Position numbers and translations under genes: made by a program | Source: Octopus sinensis | Taxonomy: Eukaryota | DNA length: 64,000 bases | Assembly (NCBI RefSeq): GCF_006345805.1 | Contig: NC_043004.1 | Location: 15,934,001-15,998,000, forward strand | Direction: 5' to 3' | The notes under the pieces: generated by a model | The model's database searches: none | What the model was told of the DNA's origin: nothing | Seen by the model: only the letters and a program-made list of their open reading frames with translations | Part shown: positions 13,563-24,870 of the stretch, one piece after another | Position numbering within the stretch: the first letter of the stretch is position 1 | Layout: each line of letters begins with the position of its first letter

Positions 13563-14585
13563 ATTGGTACTATTGTGGTGGTGGTGGTGGTGTACATCAT
13601 CGTCTTTGTGGTTGTGAGGTTGCTAATTTCGTTCTGTGGAGGTGACAGTAGTGTAGCTGTGCTTGTATACAACGAAGATTTATAGGATATGAATCTACGC
13701 GTTGGTATATTTCTCATTTCTAAATAAGCGTACAAGTAAAAACAAATTACAAATGAATATAGTGATTTATAGTATCAGGTCACATAACCTTATTACTGTT
13801 CTGAAATCATTTCCGTATAAAGAGATGTGTGCAGAAGTTTATTCATTGATGTTCTATATTTATAAAACAAACGTGATTCCCTAATGAGTTTTAACTAATA
13901 TTTATTCACGTATATTAAGTCAAGCGTAGAAACTCATATAATTGTTTCAGACGCTTTAAACTTTACATATATAACGGAATAATTCCACAATGTATGAATG
14001 CTCTAATATTACATAAAACCGCACTTTCTTGATATCCCAAATGTTCATAATTTCCTACGAATCAATGTTAATTGTTAGTTATAGATTTATTAAACTACAA
14101 AATTTCAGGCAATTTTAAGTTGTTCAAGGGCATATCAATGCTTAATATATTTCGGTGTAAAGACGGTGAGCTGGTGGAATCGCTTACAACACTGAGAAAC
14201 TGCTTAGCAGCATTTCGTCCATCTTTAAGTTCTGAATTCAAATTGTACCGAGGCCGAATTTGCTCTTCATGGTTTCAGAGTTGATAAAATAGTAATCGAC
14301 TTACTCCCTCCCCGAAATATCCTGGTCTTGTACCTACGTATGAAACTAATATATTTCGTTTTATATTTCTTAAACTCACAACTGTTCATATATTTTTCGA
14401 CATATCTCGGATTGTACAATTCCTTATGTTTAGAAGTGAATATTTCTCTATGCACACTACCAACATTTCCTACAGTAATAATGATGTATGATGCATTTTT
14501 ATATTAAGTAAGCAGATAGGGCCTATTATATATCCTTTATTGATGTTTCTTGACGAAACTAAACTAGCTTTCAGATTTAGATTTA

Positions 14586-15050
14586 ACTAGCAGACCCGGC
14601 GTTGCCTGTGTCACATACAATTGAAGAATTAGACTTTTCTGTTATATTTTCTCTAATGAACTGGAATATCTATGTTTCGAATTTCATCAAAATTGCAGAT
14701 CAGGGTTATTTCCCTCTTTACACACTCCAAAAAATTGTAATCGTGCCACATATATCCCATACTACTGATTCTTATGCACATATTCCAAAATTCCAGTCTT
14801 GTTGAACCTGTTAAAAAGATTTTGCTCCTGAAAAATGAAGGTCATAGAGCTCTAAAATGTGAGAGTTAACGCCCCTGTTGGAGGTGGGTATCTTAATGTC
14901 AACCAGAGAAATTTAATTGTTGAGAATCTTTTTAATTTGGGACTTATATCTAATGTTTGAATTTCTTTGAAATAGGAAATATATGTTCACTGGGTTTGTA
15001 AAAGAGAGCAAAGCTACAGGAAACCAAAAAACGAGTGATCACAATAAGCA
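14586..15050 (-). mobile_element. Possible non-autonomous Helitron (3' end at left)
   Basis: Plus strand ACTAGCAGACCCGGCGTTGCC is the reverse complement of the GGCAACGCCGGG..TGCTAGT 3' signature seen at 39068-39096. The right boundary is uncertain. Confidence 0.45.
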
Positions 15051-15887
15051 GTCAGTTACCCTACCCTAGTCGTTACCACTCCCAATGTAGGATTCCTCAC
15101 CATCCAGGTGACAGGCACAGCCGTAAGATGCATTACTAATCTATAGCAATTGAAAGGGCGTGACCCAACTGAAATAAACATTAACAACTGTGTGACGTGA
15201 CGGCTAAGGAGAAATGAAAGTTGGAGTTTGCAAATGACCACTATACTGATATGTAACTGGACAGAATAATTTTAAATCTATAAATGTCTTTGAATAACGA
15301 GTTACTCATCTGGGAAGGCCTTGAAATCAATGTTACCATCTGGGGACTATATGTGACCGAGTGACAATAAAAAGACTGAAAGGAGGTCTGCAATCAAATA
15401 ACTTTACTCAACACTTTGCAACTGAATCAGTGGAGGCAAAGATACCTCTCATTTACTTGACAATTTATGCAGCACATTGCAGAAATCACAATGTAAGTGT
15501 ATGTCAAAGCAAACTGTTAAACTGTTGTACCATTGAATTACAAATAATGCTCAACTTTTATGCTCGGGTTACTCTACAGCTTTCAAGAGCACAACTGTAT
15601 TCGTTTTTGCTTAGATAAAATGACAAAATTGTGGGTGTTAAGTCCCCATGGAGGGGTATTTATAACTTGTAAGAAGATGAAATTTTATAAATATTATTTC
15701 ATTTGTGTCTACTATCTATGGTTAAAATTTCCTCAACAGCAAAAATATATGAATTATCATGGGGTTTATGGCCCTTATGCATAGAATATAATTTCCAAAT
15801 TTCATAAAGATCCATTCAGTACTTTTGACCTAGTTTTGGATCATAAATGAAATGACTAAAATTTGGGAGTTAAGGCTCCCATTAGGG

Positions 15888-15940
<53 letters not shown>

Positions 15941-15941
15941 C

Positions 15942-16045
<104 letters not shown>

Positions 16046-16046
16046 G

Positions 16047-16082
<36 letters not shown>

Positions 16083-16366
16083 CACACACACACATACAAA
16101 GATAAATTGATAGATACAACTGGGTGGGCAAACAAAAATATGAGACACATCCTAGTGATTTTTTTATGTTGATAAGCCTGGTACTTATTCTATTTGTTTG
16201 TTCTTGTGAAACCAGTAAGTTAAGTGGATGTAAATAAATGAACAACAGTTGTGAAGCAATGATTAGGGCGAAACACAGAGACAAAGACACACACATACAC
16301 TTACATATATACATACATAAATATACGACTGATTTGTTTCAGTTCCTGTCTACGAAATCCATAAAT

Positions 16367-18575
16367 ATTGTTGTTGGCATCCATTTCGTCTCGGGAGACA
16401 ATGGAGTTGCGCATAAAATAGTCTAGTCCGGCTTTTACATTTCATGTCCTAATACACCTCCTGCTGTGGCTGTGTAGTCCTATCCTAGACAAACACTCCC
16501 TCTGGCATGTGCCGCAAATGTAGCGAAGACTTTGCCGGCTGGTTGTAATGTCATACTTTCTTGTTGACGTCTTTTCTTGTCTTTCCATTTCTCCTATCTC
16601 TCTACGTTACTCTTTGTGTTCCCTCTTTTACGCTACGTCGCCAATCTCCACAGTTGCTGGTAACTGCTTCCCAGCTGGTCATATTGATGTTGCAGGCATT
16701 CATGTCCCTTTTGCAAATCGTAAGAACGGTCTTCCCACAGACCTAGTGCCCCTAGCAAGCCCTCCGTAGAGTATGTCCTTGGGGATTCTGCCATCTTTCA
16801 TACGGCTAACATGTCCAAGCCATCTCATACGTCTTTGTGTGAGGATGCAAAGATGATTGGTAATCCTGCTTGCTTGAGGACATCTTTGTTCGGGACATGA
16901 TTCTGCCATTTGATTTTCCGGAAGCAGCGAAGGATTTTCCGGAAGCAGCGCTGGTGGAAGATATTTAGGCGACGCTCTTGGCGTGTGTATGGCGTCCAAG
17001 TCTCACTTCCATACAGTAGAGTGCTAAGTACACATGCCTGATAAATCTTCATTTTTGTGGTCCCATGCCCGTTTGGATAGTTGGGCCATCACAGCAGCTG
17101 CCTTGCCAATGCGTATATTGAGCTCAGCATCAAGGTATAGGTTGTAGGTGACGGTAGAGCTAAGATAGGTAAACTTCTCCACCTCCTGTAGTCTGTGGTC
17201 TCCAATATGTATGATTGAGAAGTCCGATGTAGCCTGACACATGATGTTAGTCTTCTTGAGGCTGATAACTAAGCCAAAGTCGCTACATGCTTGCTCAAAA
17301 CAGTTGATGATCCTTTGTAGGGCTTCTTCCGTGTGTGATACCAGAGCCACATCATTAGCAGATAGCACCTTCTTGATCAGGACGCTTCTGATTTTGGTCT
17401 TGACACGCAGACGCGAGAGATTGAACAGTTTCCCATCAATTCTACTGTGCAGAAACACTCCATCATCTGATATCTGAAAGGCATGTGACAGCAGCAGCGA
17501 GAAGAAGATGCCAAATAATGTAGGAGCAAGGCCACAACCTTGCTTTACCCTGTTCTTTTTATTTGGAAGGCAGCTTGTGTTAAACTATTGTGCTCTATGG
17601 GGCCTTGCATATCATCATGGAAAGATTTGATGATCCTCAGCAGCCTTGGTGGACATCCGATTTTTTGGAACAGGATGAAGAGGCCTTTTCTACTTACCGA
17701 GTCAAAGGCCTTTGTCAGATAAATGAAGGCCATATATAATGGCATGTTCTGCTCTCTGGATTTCTCCTGAAGTTGGCGTATGGAGAATATCATGTCAAAA
17801 GTTGATCTGCTTCTTCTAAAGCCGCACTGCATTTCTGAATAAATTCGAGAAATAAGCAGTTGCAGCCTGGACAGGTTTAATGCGAGCAAAGGCCTTTCCA
17901 ACAGTGCTTAGAAGAGATATTCCATGGTAATTGTTACAATCACCACGTTCACCTTTGTTTTTGTAAAGCGTAATGATGTTAGCATCCCGCATATCCTGAG
18001 GGACTGTACCCTCTCCCCAGCACTGACACAGAAGCTCATGAAGGTGCCGAAGCAGGATAGCTTTTGCCAGTTTTGATGATATCTAAGGGGATGACGTCTT
18101 TTCCCGGAGCCTTGTTATTTGCTAGGGAGTCAATAGCCTTGGTGAGTTCTGCTATGGATGGCAGACTGTCAAGTTCACACATGACTGGCAAGATCTTGAC
18201 ACCCTCGAGTGCAGCCTCAGCTACCGTGGTCTTCTGTGAGTAGAGATCCTGGTAGTACTCCACCCATCTATCCATTTGCTTGCTTTTGTCCTTGATGAGA
18301 TCTCCAGTAGTTGATTTCAGAGAGGCTGACTTGGTTGCGGATGGACCGAGGGCCTTCTTCAAACCGGCATACATCCCATGGGTGTTGCCACTGTCAGCAG
18401 CTGACTGGATACTCTGACAGATTTTCTGCCAATACCTATTTGCACAACGTCTGGCAGTCAGTTGTTCGAGTGACTTTAAAGAATAATCACTTTTGTATTG
18501 CATCAGAGCTGCACGCTTTGCTTTGATAACTGTTTCCAGCTTTGAGAGCCCAGCACTGAACCGATCTGAGTTTCG
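16367..18575 (-). pseudogene. RTE-clade LINE, 5'-truncated, RT region with frameshifts
   Basis: NKAPGKDVIP, KNKGERGDCNNYHGISLL, QCGFRRSRSTFDMIF..RQLQEKSREQNMPLYMAFIYLTKAFDSVSR, VKQGCGLAPTLF, LSANDVAL (decayed FADD), LLYGSETW, RWLGHVSRMKDGRIPKDILYG, C-terminal CGTCQRECLSRIGLHSHSRRC. The 3' end reads GTCTCCCGAGACGAAATGGATGCCAACAACAAT. Confidence 0.95.
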
Positions 18576-18579
18576 CTAT

Positions 18580-19270
18580 ATTAATTTTTTTAATTAATTT
18601 TTTTTATTAATTTTTTTAAATTAATTTTTTTAATTAATTAATTTTTTTAAAATTATTTTGTTTTTTAATTGTTTTTAACTATTTTTTACAAGTAATTTTT
18701 TTTAATTAATTTTTTTAATTAATTTATTTTTCATTATTCTTTTTAATAGAATTTTTTTATTAAGATTTTTTAAATTAATTTTTGTTAATAATTTTAAAAA
18801 TAATTATTTATTAATTTTTCTTAATTAATTTTTTTTTATTAATTTTTTTTTCAATTTTTAATTTTTAATTTCTAATTATTTTTTTAATTATTTAAGTGTT
18901 TTTTAATTATTAAAAAACATTTTTTTAAATTAATTTTTTTTTAAATAAATATTGTTAATTAATTTTTTTCATTCATTAATTTTTTTTAATTACTTTTTTA
19001 ATTAATTCTCATTTTTAAATTTTTTAATTAATTAATTTTTGAATATTTTTTTTAATATTTTTTCATTCAAAAAAATTTTTTTTAATATAAAAAAAAATAA
19101 TAATAAAAAGTATTAAAAACAAAAATATTAGGAAAGAACATTAAAAAAATTATTTAAAAATATTTTAAAATATTAAAAATTATAAATGTGAACTAATAAT
19201 TTCAATTTTAAATTATATAGTTTTTAAATTTTATATTTCATATTTTTTGTATATTATATTAATTATTTTT
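18580..19270. repeat. ~700-bp almost pure A/T low-complexity tract
   Basis: A mosaic of TTAATTTTTT-like words with very few G or C. T-rich up to ~19075, A-rich over ~19075-19200. Confidence 0.9.
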
Positions 19271-19353
19271 AGTTTTATGTTTTAGTGTATGTTTTTCACT
19301 GTTTGATTTCCCCAATAGTGGTTTTATCTCCAATTTAATTTATATATATATAT

Positions 19354-19395
19354 ACTAGCATTAAAGACCCGTCGTTGCCGGGTCATTGTGCTAGT
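19354..19395. mobile_element. Helitron-type 3' terminal hairpin, with CTAG on both strands
   Basis: ACTAGCA-TTAAA-GACCCG-TCGTTGC-CGGGTC-ATTG-TGCTAGT. Related to 39068-39096 and 14586-14610. Confidence 0.5.
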
Positions 19396-19629
19396 GCATT
19401 TATATATGTGTATATATATGTATACATATTACATGTATATCTATATATATACTTCTACACGAAATACTGACATGCCTCAATTATTAGAGTCACTTTTATT
19501 TTATTTTTATTCTGTATTCTTTTCTCTACACTTTTACCTCTATTTATTTATTTTCCTTTTATTTATTTTCCTTTCTCCCCTCTCTTTGGCTTTCTCCTCT
19601 CTTTCTATCCCTCGCTCTCTCTCTCTCTT

Positions 19630-19669
<40 letters not shown>

Positions 19670-19887
19670 ACACGCACAAGGCCCATTTATGAATTCTCTA
19701 TCATTACCTTTATTTATATTATATTTTTATTCTTATTTTTACTGTTCTACCTTATTTCTATTCCTTTCTCCTCTCTCTCTCACTCTTTCTCTTATATACA
19801 CCCACTCACAAAACCCGTTTTATGTTTATCTTACTTTCTCTCTCTACTACACATTTACAATGTGAATACATCATTCAAAATATTCTT

Positions 19888-20258
19888 CTATATTTTAGAG
19901 ATGAGGAATTCTGTATTTTGTTTACGTTATTTACATTGGACGGATGCCTCCTCATCTTGTTTTTCTTTTACCCTAACGTTTCGGCTGATTTACTCTCCAG
20001 CCTTCACTATGTGTCTTCGTAGAATTTTGAACCCAACCGTAAGTTGTCATTCCTAAGGTATTCTTTTGCTGATGTATAATAATAAGTACATTAGCAAAAA
20101 ATACCTTAGGAATGAGAACCCAGGGTTAGGTTCAAAATTCTACAAGGATACCTGATGAAGGCTGGAGAGTAAATCAGCCGAAACGTTGTGCTAACAACAA
20201 ACAAGATGAGGACACATATCCGTCCAATGTAAATAATGTAAATAATACTCAAAATACT
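19888..20258. mobile_element. Head-to-head inverted pair of Penelope-type LTR ends
   Basis: Left arm (ATTTACATTGGACGGAT...CGTTTCGGCTGATTTACTCTCCAGCCTTCA...CATTCCTAAGGTATT) is the reverse complement of the right arm (AATACCTTAGGAATG...TGAAGGCTGGAGAGTAAATCAGCCGAAACG...ATCCGTCCAATGTAAAT). Same family as 23126-23300. Confidence 0.85.
20147..20192 (+). ncRNA. Minimal hammerhead motif in Penelope LTR
   Basis: GATAC-CTGATGA-A-GGCTG..CAGCC-GAAAC-GTT-GTG. One extra A precedes stem II, stem III is the palindrome ACGT, the triplet is GUU and stem I is weak. Confidence 0.65.
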
Positions 20259-20471
20259 GCCAAAATACCGTCTGGCTTCACCTAGGATTTTAACTAAGGA
20301 CCTGTACTTTCATGGAAGTACCGACTAACATCAATATCCTCTGGAAAAAGAGAGTTGTGAACGCTAGTCTCCTGACTATATTATTTTAAATATCTTTCTT
20401 CTTTATTCTTCTAATTACACCTTGTATCTCTTGTACATTGTGAATTTCCCTGCCTAATATATTCATCCCTT

Positions 20472-20547
20472 GTCTCTGATGATGGAATGCCCAGTGCGTG
20501 GATATATTAATCTACCGCTTGAATTATCCCTGAAACGGCTGTAAGAC
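20472..20547 (+). ncRNA. Type I hammerhead motif, stem II partly decayed
   Basis: GTCT-CTGATGA-TGGAAT...ATCCCT-GAAAC-GGCT-GTA-AGAC. Stem I GTCT/AGAC, inner stem GCG.TGGAT/ATCTA.CGC, GUA triplet. Two substitutions from AGGGAT would restore stem II. Confidence 0.65.
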
Positions 20548-20683
20548 TTCAAATTCACCTTACCTTATTTAAATTATTATAAATGACTTGAGATGTTTGT
20601 TCTGCTTTGGTTTCGACTTTTCCTCTAACATGATGAAATATAGTATATATAAATATTTACATATATGTGTCTGTGTATGTATG

Positions 20684-20727
<44 letters not shown>

Positions 20728-21007
20728 ATATATATACATATATATACATAAATGATACACACATATATATGTATATACATTTATACCCAGATCTCATATC
20801 TAATGTTTTTACGATTTTATTTTACTGCGTATAGTGTATATGTTTTGGTGCATTTTAATGTATGCTTGTGTGTGTGCGTGTATCTGTTTATGTGGGTGAC
20901 ATTTGTGTGTAAACACGTGAAATTAAATAAAGTCGTCAGAACTTTATGCTTCTAGTCCCATGTGTATGGACATATGTGTATGTGCACGTGAGTGCGTGTA
21001 TGTGTGA

Positions 21008-21053
<46 letters not shown>

Positions 21054-23199
21054 CTGTGTGTGTGTGTGTGTATACAAACATACATACAGAAATATGTATG
21101 ATTTACATACATGGACCCACACACTCACATACTCACATGTATATACATATATATGTATACTTTTATATATCTATGTATATATATAAATATATATGTATAT
21201 ATATCTATGTACATATATATATATAAATATATATATACATTTATGTATATATTTATATATATATAACAACGATAAATCTCAGAGCGAGTTATAATATATA
21301 TATGTATATATATTTGAGGAAATGGAATAATATTCTTTCATCACGCACTGTGCGGTGCCTGATATACTATCTACGACATGAAATCAATAATGCAAAATAC
21401 ATGTTTCTTAGATTCCATCAAAGAAACGTTGCCTTTGAGGTACTTATGAAAAGAAAACTTATAGAAAGTATTTTACAGCTGTATTTCTTACATTAACTCT
21501 GCTTCCCAAAACACCGAGGAAGTGAGTGTAGTTTTATAGTTGTTTCTTTGGTGTTAATTGCTGTGAATAATGCGTTATGTAAATCACTAAAAATTTTAGG
21601 ACGGAATTTGCAATAATCCAAGGAGAACATTACAAATTGAACAAGTTCAAACATTGTAATAGATCGTAAGAACATTACTTTTTAAGGCATGTAAAATATA
21701 ATTGACTAGGATGATTTACACACACACACATACACACACATACACACACACACACACACACTACATGTATTGTATTTATGTATATAAATCAAATATGAAA
21801 ATAATATAGATATCTATATTACATATATGTACATATATATATATTTAAATATATATACATGTCTATGTATGTATTATGTGCGTATAGGTATGCATATATA
21901 CATACACACAGAGAAGTATACAATGTGCATATATATATATATATGTATGTATGTATGTATGTATATATGTGTGTATACGCGTGCTGTGTGTCTGCGTATA
22001 TGTGTGTGTCTATCTGTGTATGCGTGTCTGCACTCTTACGTGTGCGTACGTGCGTGCGCGGATGTGCATGTGTGTATTATTAGCGTTCCGGTAGGGTAGA
22101 AAGTCTATGTATTTCTAGTATAACTTTCAATCTAATTATTTACATTCCGATATGGGAACTTCATTAAACTGGCAGATCATTGGTCTATAATCTCCTGGTA
22201 CACGGCGGTAAAGGCAGTATATAAATGCTCTGCATAGTTACATATCAGACGAAGAATGAACATAGCCCTTTTTTACTCACCGTATTCTTCTTTTACTATT
22301 ATGATTATTTTCATGCTTCCTCACTATATAAGCGATATGAAATACATATTCTTCTTACAAGGTATAAACGCAGGACTCGTTTCCTCTTAAATAAATTTCT
22401 ACGCTTATATAATCAATCACGTATTCACATAAACGTCCCCATAGAAACAATTGTAAATACTAATAAAACTGTGCCACCCTACTTTTATGATATGGTGTAG
22501 GTTTAAAGAATGTCTGGCAATATCACGGGCCCTTACACAATTCTAGATTCGTATCCAGCGTGTTGGAACCCTCTGGGATGTGAGGCACCCCTTAGATTTT
22601 CATAAAGAATCGTTCTAGGAGAAAATCTCTTTTACATAAAACGAGAAATGCAGGGAAAAGCATTGAACATTTTGGGTATCTTTCGTTTTCGTTTGCAATT
22701 ATAGCTGTTACATAATCTTGAGTTCCCGACCTCTATTGCCGCTTGGTGTCTTGCTCTCGCTTGCCTCTGGATCATGCCTGTAGGGCGGAAAGTGTTTCTG
22801 AGGTGCACTGCAAGCTTTATTGAATCTATATCTTAAAGATATAATTCTTAAAACAAAAAGATAGACGGCCTCTCTGATTCCTTGATGTACATACCTAATC
22901 TTCTGCAACGACGTAAAATTAACCTACATGATTTTCTAATTTATTGCGGTTACAGAATTTTCTTCACTTTCTTCCCATCCTACTTCATCAACAAAGTATC
23001 ATACTTAATCATATAGGAACACCTGTTAAAATTGAACCTGACTCAAAAAGGTATGCAGTCAGAATTATATTTGTATCCGGTGTAAAATTAGTGTTGAATG
23101 AGTATGAGTATATGCAGTTGCTGTTCTATATTTAAGAGATGAGGAGTTATGTACATTATTTATATTCGAAGGATATTTGTCCTCATCTTTTTCGTTGTT

Positions 23200-23245
23200 A
23201 ACACAACGTTTCGGTTGATATACCTTCCAGCCTTCCTCAGGTGTC
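23200..23245 (-). ncRNA. Minimal hammerhead motif in Penelope LTR
   Basis: GACAC-CTGAGGA-A-GGCTG..CAACC-GAAAC-GTT-GTGTT. Stem I GACAC/GTGTT, stem II has one mismatch, stem III is the palindrome ACGT. Confidence 0.7.
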
Positions 23246-23306
23246 TTGGCGAAATTTCGAACCTGGGTTCTCATTCCTAAGGTATTTTGCGATGTTGTTG
23301 CTATTA

Positions 23307-23356
<50 letters not shown>

Positions 23357-23374
23357 GTTGTTGTTGATGTTGTT

Positions 23375-23449
23375 CAGGTCACTGCTTGGAATCTAACTCG
23401 GAATTTGGGGCTTAGTCGCCGGCGCTCTTAACCCCTACGCCATATACCC
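23375..23449 (-). other. tRNA-like module (A/B boxes) inside the Penelope 3' region; not a functional tRNA
   Basis: GGGTATATGGCGTAGGGGTTAAGAGCGCCGGCGACTAAGCCCCAAATTCCGAGTTAGATTCCAAGCAGTGACCTG has an A-box-like TGGCGTAG.GG and a B-box-like GAGTT.GATTCC. The acceptor stem does not pair. Confidence 0.65.
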
Positions 23450-24649
23450 ATGGGCGATTATGGAGTGAATTTTAGGGCTTATAAATCTAATGTTTTTCTA
23501 TCCTTCCTTAATACCGCTCATATAGGCACTCGGTCTGCTTGAGAGGTTGTTGTGTCCTAGCATATGTGCTGCTTCTAGTTTTCGTATTTTCCAGTGGTGT
23601 TCTCTGTTATTTTAACTTCATCCCACAGGGGGAGGTGGTCTCCATATTTCCACACATGATCAGCTACACCCGATTTATCAATATTTCCTCGTGTCACAGC
23701 TTTGCGATGTTCGTCTACACTTATTTTGAGGGTGCGGCATGTTTCGCCTTTTTATAACCTACCACAGCTGCATGAGATGGAGTACACGCAGTCTTTTGTC
23801 ATATTCTCTTCTATTGGTGATCTCACTCGAAGGAGATATTCGCAAAGTGTTGTATCACTCTTGAATTCTGTTCTGATGTCATATGGGCCGCGTATCTTTT
23901 GTATCTTTTCAGAGAGGCTTTTCACATAAGGTAGACAGACTGTGGATAGTAATTGGAGTGGATAGTATACTTTTAGGGTAGTTATTGCTTAACCAATCGT
24001 TATTGAGCTTGATCATTTCTTCGTGGTGTGTATCACGATCACTACTTATATTCTTTGCACTATATTTTAGGCACTGAGCAATCCCTCTTTTTACACTGCG
24101 TGGAAGGTGGGAATTGAAGTTGAGGTATCGTCCAGTAAACGTCGGCTTGCGGTATACGGATGTCCTGAATCCATACTTAGTGCGTGTTATTAATACGTCT
24201 AGAAATGCCAGCTGATTGTCTTTTTCCGTTTTCATTGTGAACTGTATGGATGGCCATTATCACCGGTTATAGACAATATATACATGGAATACTTAGAGAA
24301 TTTGACTTTAGTATCCACACCACTAAAACCAACACTATGGCTACAATATGTTGATGACACCTTTATACTTTGGCCCCACCAGGGAGATGTTCAAGTGCTG
24401 TTAGTTCATGTGAACTCAATAAGGCCATCCATACAGTTCACAATGGAAAAGGAAAAAGGCAATCAGCTCGCATTCCTGGACGTAAATAATATAGATAATG
24501 TAAATAATGTATATGCAGCTGCTGTTTGAATGTAGAAACATAGCAATGACATTGTGGGAAAATACGTTATTTATAGAGGTAAATCATCAATCATATCCTT
24601 TTAACGAGCTACTGATTCTTGTTTTTCGCAATATCTTTAGAATTTTGTT

Positions 24650-24870
24650 AGGCGGTGAACTGCCAGAATCCGAACAAAATGCTTAGCGTTTTGGAAAAAA
24701 TGCTTAGCGGCAACTCGTCCTTCTTTATCTTATTAGTTGAAATTCTTCCGACGTCTATTCTCTCTTTCATCATTTTGCGATCGATATAATAAGCACCAGT
24801 TGGACACTGTAGGGGACTTAATCGACTTACCTCCGAACCCAGACAAATTTGTTGGTTTCAAATTTTGACA
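24650..24870 (+). mobile_element. Degenerate SINE (Meta-domain-like family)
   Basis: AGGCGGTGAACTG.CAGAATC..AAAATGCTTAGCG...TTTCATC..TTT..G.TCGAT..AATAAG.ACCAG, colinear with 11989 and 42790. Confidence 0.5.

Larger units (their letters stand above)
23126..24508 (-). mobile_element. Penelope-like element (RT C-terminus + GIY-YIG + LTR) with inverted 5' RT segment and TSD
   Basis: Minus strand: QLAFLDVLITR..FRTSVYRKPTFTGRYLNFNSH, then CVYSISCSCG.LYKGET..TLK..DEHRKAV..KSGVADHVW. Plus strand 24284-24482: KPTLWLQYVDDTFILWPH..IQFTMEKEKGNQLAFLDV. Flanked by GTATATGCAG(T/C)TGCTGTT at 23108-23125 and 24509-24526. Confidence 0.92.
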
